Source: Candidatus Dormiibacterota bacterium (lineage in GTDB: Bacteria > Chloroflexota > Dormibacteria > Dormibacterales > Dormibacteraceae). From it: a DNA stretch of 64,000 nucleotides. Position numbers and translations under genes: made by a program. Below the pieces are notes generated by a model that worked only from the letters and a program-made list of their open reading frames with translations, was not told the DNA's origin and made no database searches. Positions 63,606 to 64,000 of the stretch are shown piece after piece (within the stretch, counting starts at the first letter, position 1; every line of letters starts with the position of its first letter). The DNA lies in assembly GCA_035689485.1 (NCBI GenBank), contig DASSLL010000067.1:4472-68471 (forward strand), given 5' to 3'.

Positions 63606-64000
63606 CTGCGGACCGAGTGGTAAGCGGCCTCCACCGCGTCGACCAGCGTCTCGTCCTCGCCCTTCAGGACCGTCCGAGGGTCGAGACAGCACTCGTCCTT
63701 CTCGATTCGCGCGATCACCGGCGGCTCGCCGCGCCGCAGGGCATTGAGCAAGCGCGACGCGGGTCCTTTGACGGCGAGGAGGACGGTGGGGATCGGGTGC
63801 TCCGGCAGCGAGCCTCCACCGACCGCGGACGAGCCGTCGACGAGGTGCGTCTCGACACCACGGTCGGCGAGCTTGACGGACCAGAACCCCGCCCGGCGGC
63901 GCACCTCCTCGACCGACGTGTGGAGCATCCGCGCCACCGGGATCTCGGCCACGCGCTCGGTCAGCCGCTCCCGCAGCGTGGCCTCGAGCGCGGCGAGCGT
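63602..64000 (-). CDS. selA: L-seryl-tRNA(Sec) selenium transferase, C-terminal fragment (runs off right edge)
   Basis: ...GGGSLPEHPIPTVLLAV...ALRRGEPPVIARIEKDECCLDPRTV is the typical SelA C-terminus. The frame is open to 64000. Confidence 0.85.
   Translation of the reverse strand, partial: TLAALEATLRERLTERVAEIPVARMLHTSVEEVRRRAGFWSVKLADRGVETHLVDGSSAVGGGSLPEHPIPTVLLAVKGPASRLLNALRRGEPPVIARIEKDECCLDPRTVLKGEDETLVDAVEAAYHSVRR

Overview
High-G+C (judged by eye, not computed), very gene-dense bacterial chromosome segment that looks like core genome. I found no transposase, integrase, CRISPR array, rRNA or recognisable defence genes. I support about 70 protein genes, one tRNA-Gln(CUG) and one TPP riboswitch.

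Main blocks, left to right:
- nfo coupled to a GerW/YtfJ-family gene.
- A complete form-II-type molybdenum hydroxylase (CO-dehydrogenase-like) cluster, coxS-L-M-D-E plus xdhC, with divergent coxG.
- Amidase and methyltransferase.
- TetR divergent from a Pat-like GNAT plus cNMP-binding pair.
- A cold-shock gene.
- Two mirror-image operons that each carry a lipase-like hydrolase paralog, around a DoxX-Rieske fusion and a TetR.
- TPP riboswitch-cytX-thiD.
- pntAA-AB-B divergent from korA-korB-alkA-pepF.
- An orphan sensor kinase, an HD-GYP protein, and yvcK.
- rplI-dnaB-purA plus an AlkZ/YcaQ-like glycosylase.
- An acyl-CoA synthetase, glpX, bactofilin plus a very basic partner protein, cca, a ROK kinase, metF, and selB with the 3' end of selA.

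Genes are tightly coupled, with many ATGA/GTGA start-stop overlaps. At three junctions the only sensible start is a CTG inside a CTGA overlap.

I did not find a convincing new multi-gene system. The most unusual items are:
- a split (two-gene) version of the cNMP-regulated protein acetyltransferase;
- the CTGA junctions;
- a canonical intrinsic terminator on the minus strand with no gene to terminate (candidate sRNA/antisense RNA);
- two convergent intergenic regions sharing a tandem-palindrome, 42-nt-spacing architecture;
- a repeated GC-hairpin element;
- the bactofilin plus histone-tail-like protein pair;
- a DoxX-Rieske fusion with an internal Tat-like motif.

All family calls come from motif recognition by eye. 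Start codons are inferred and were not checked by any search.
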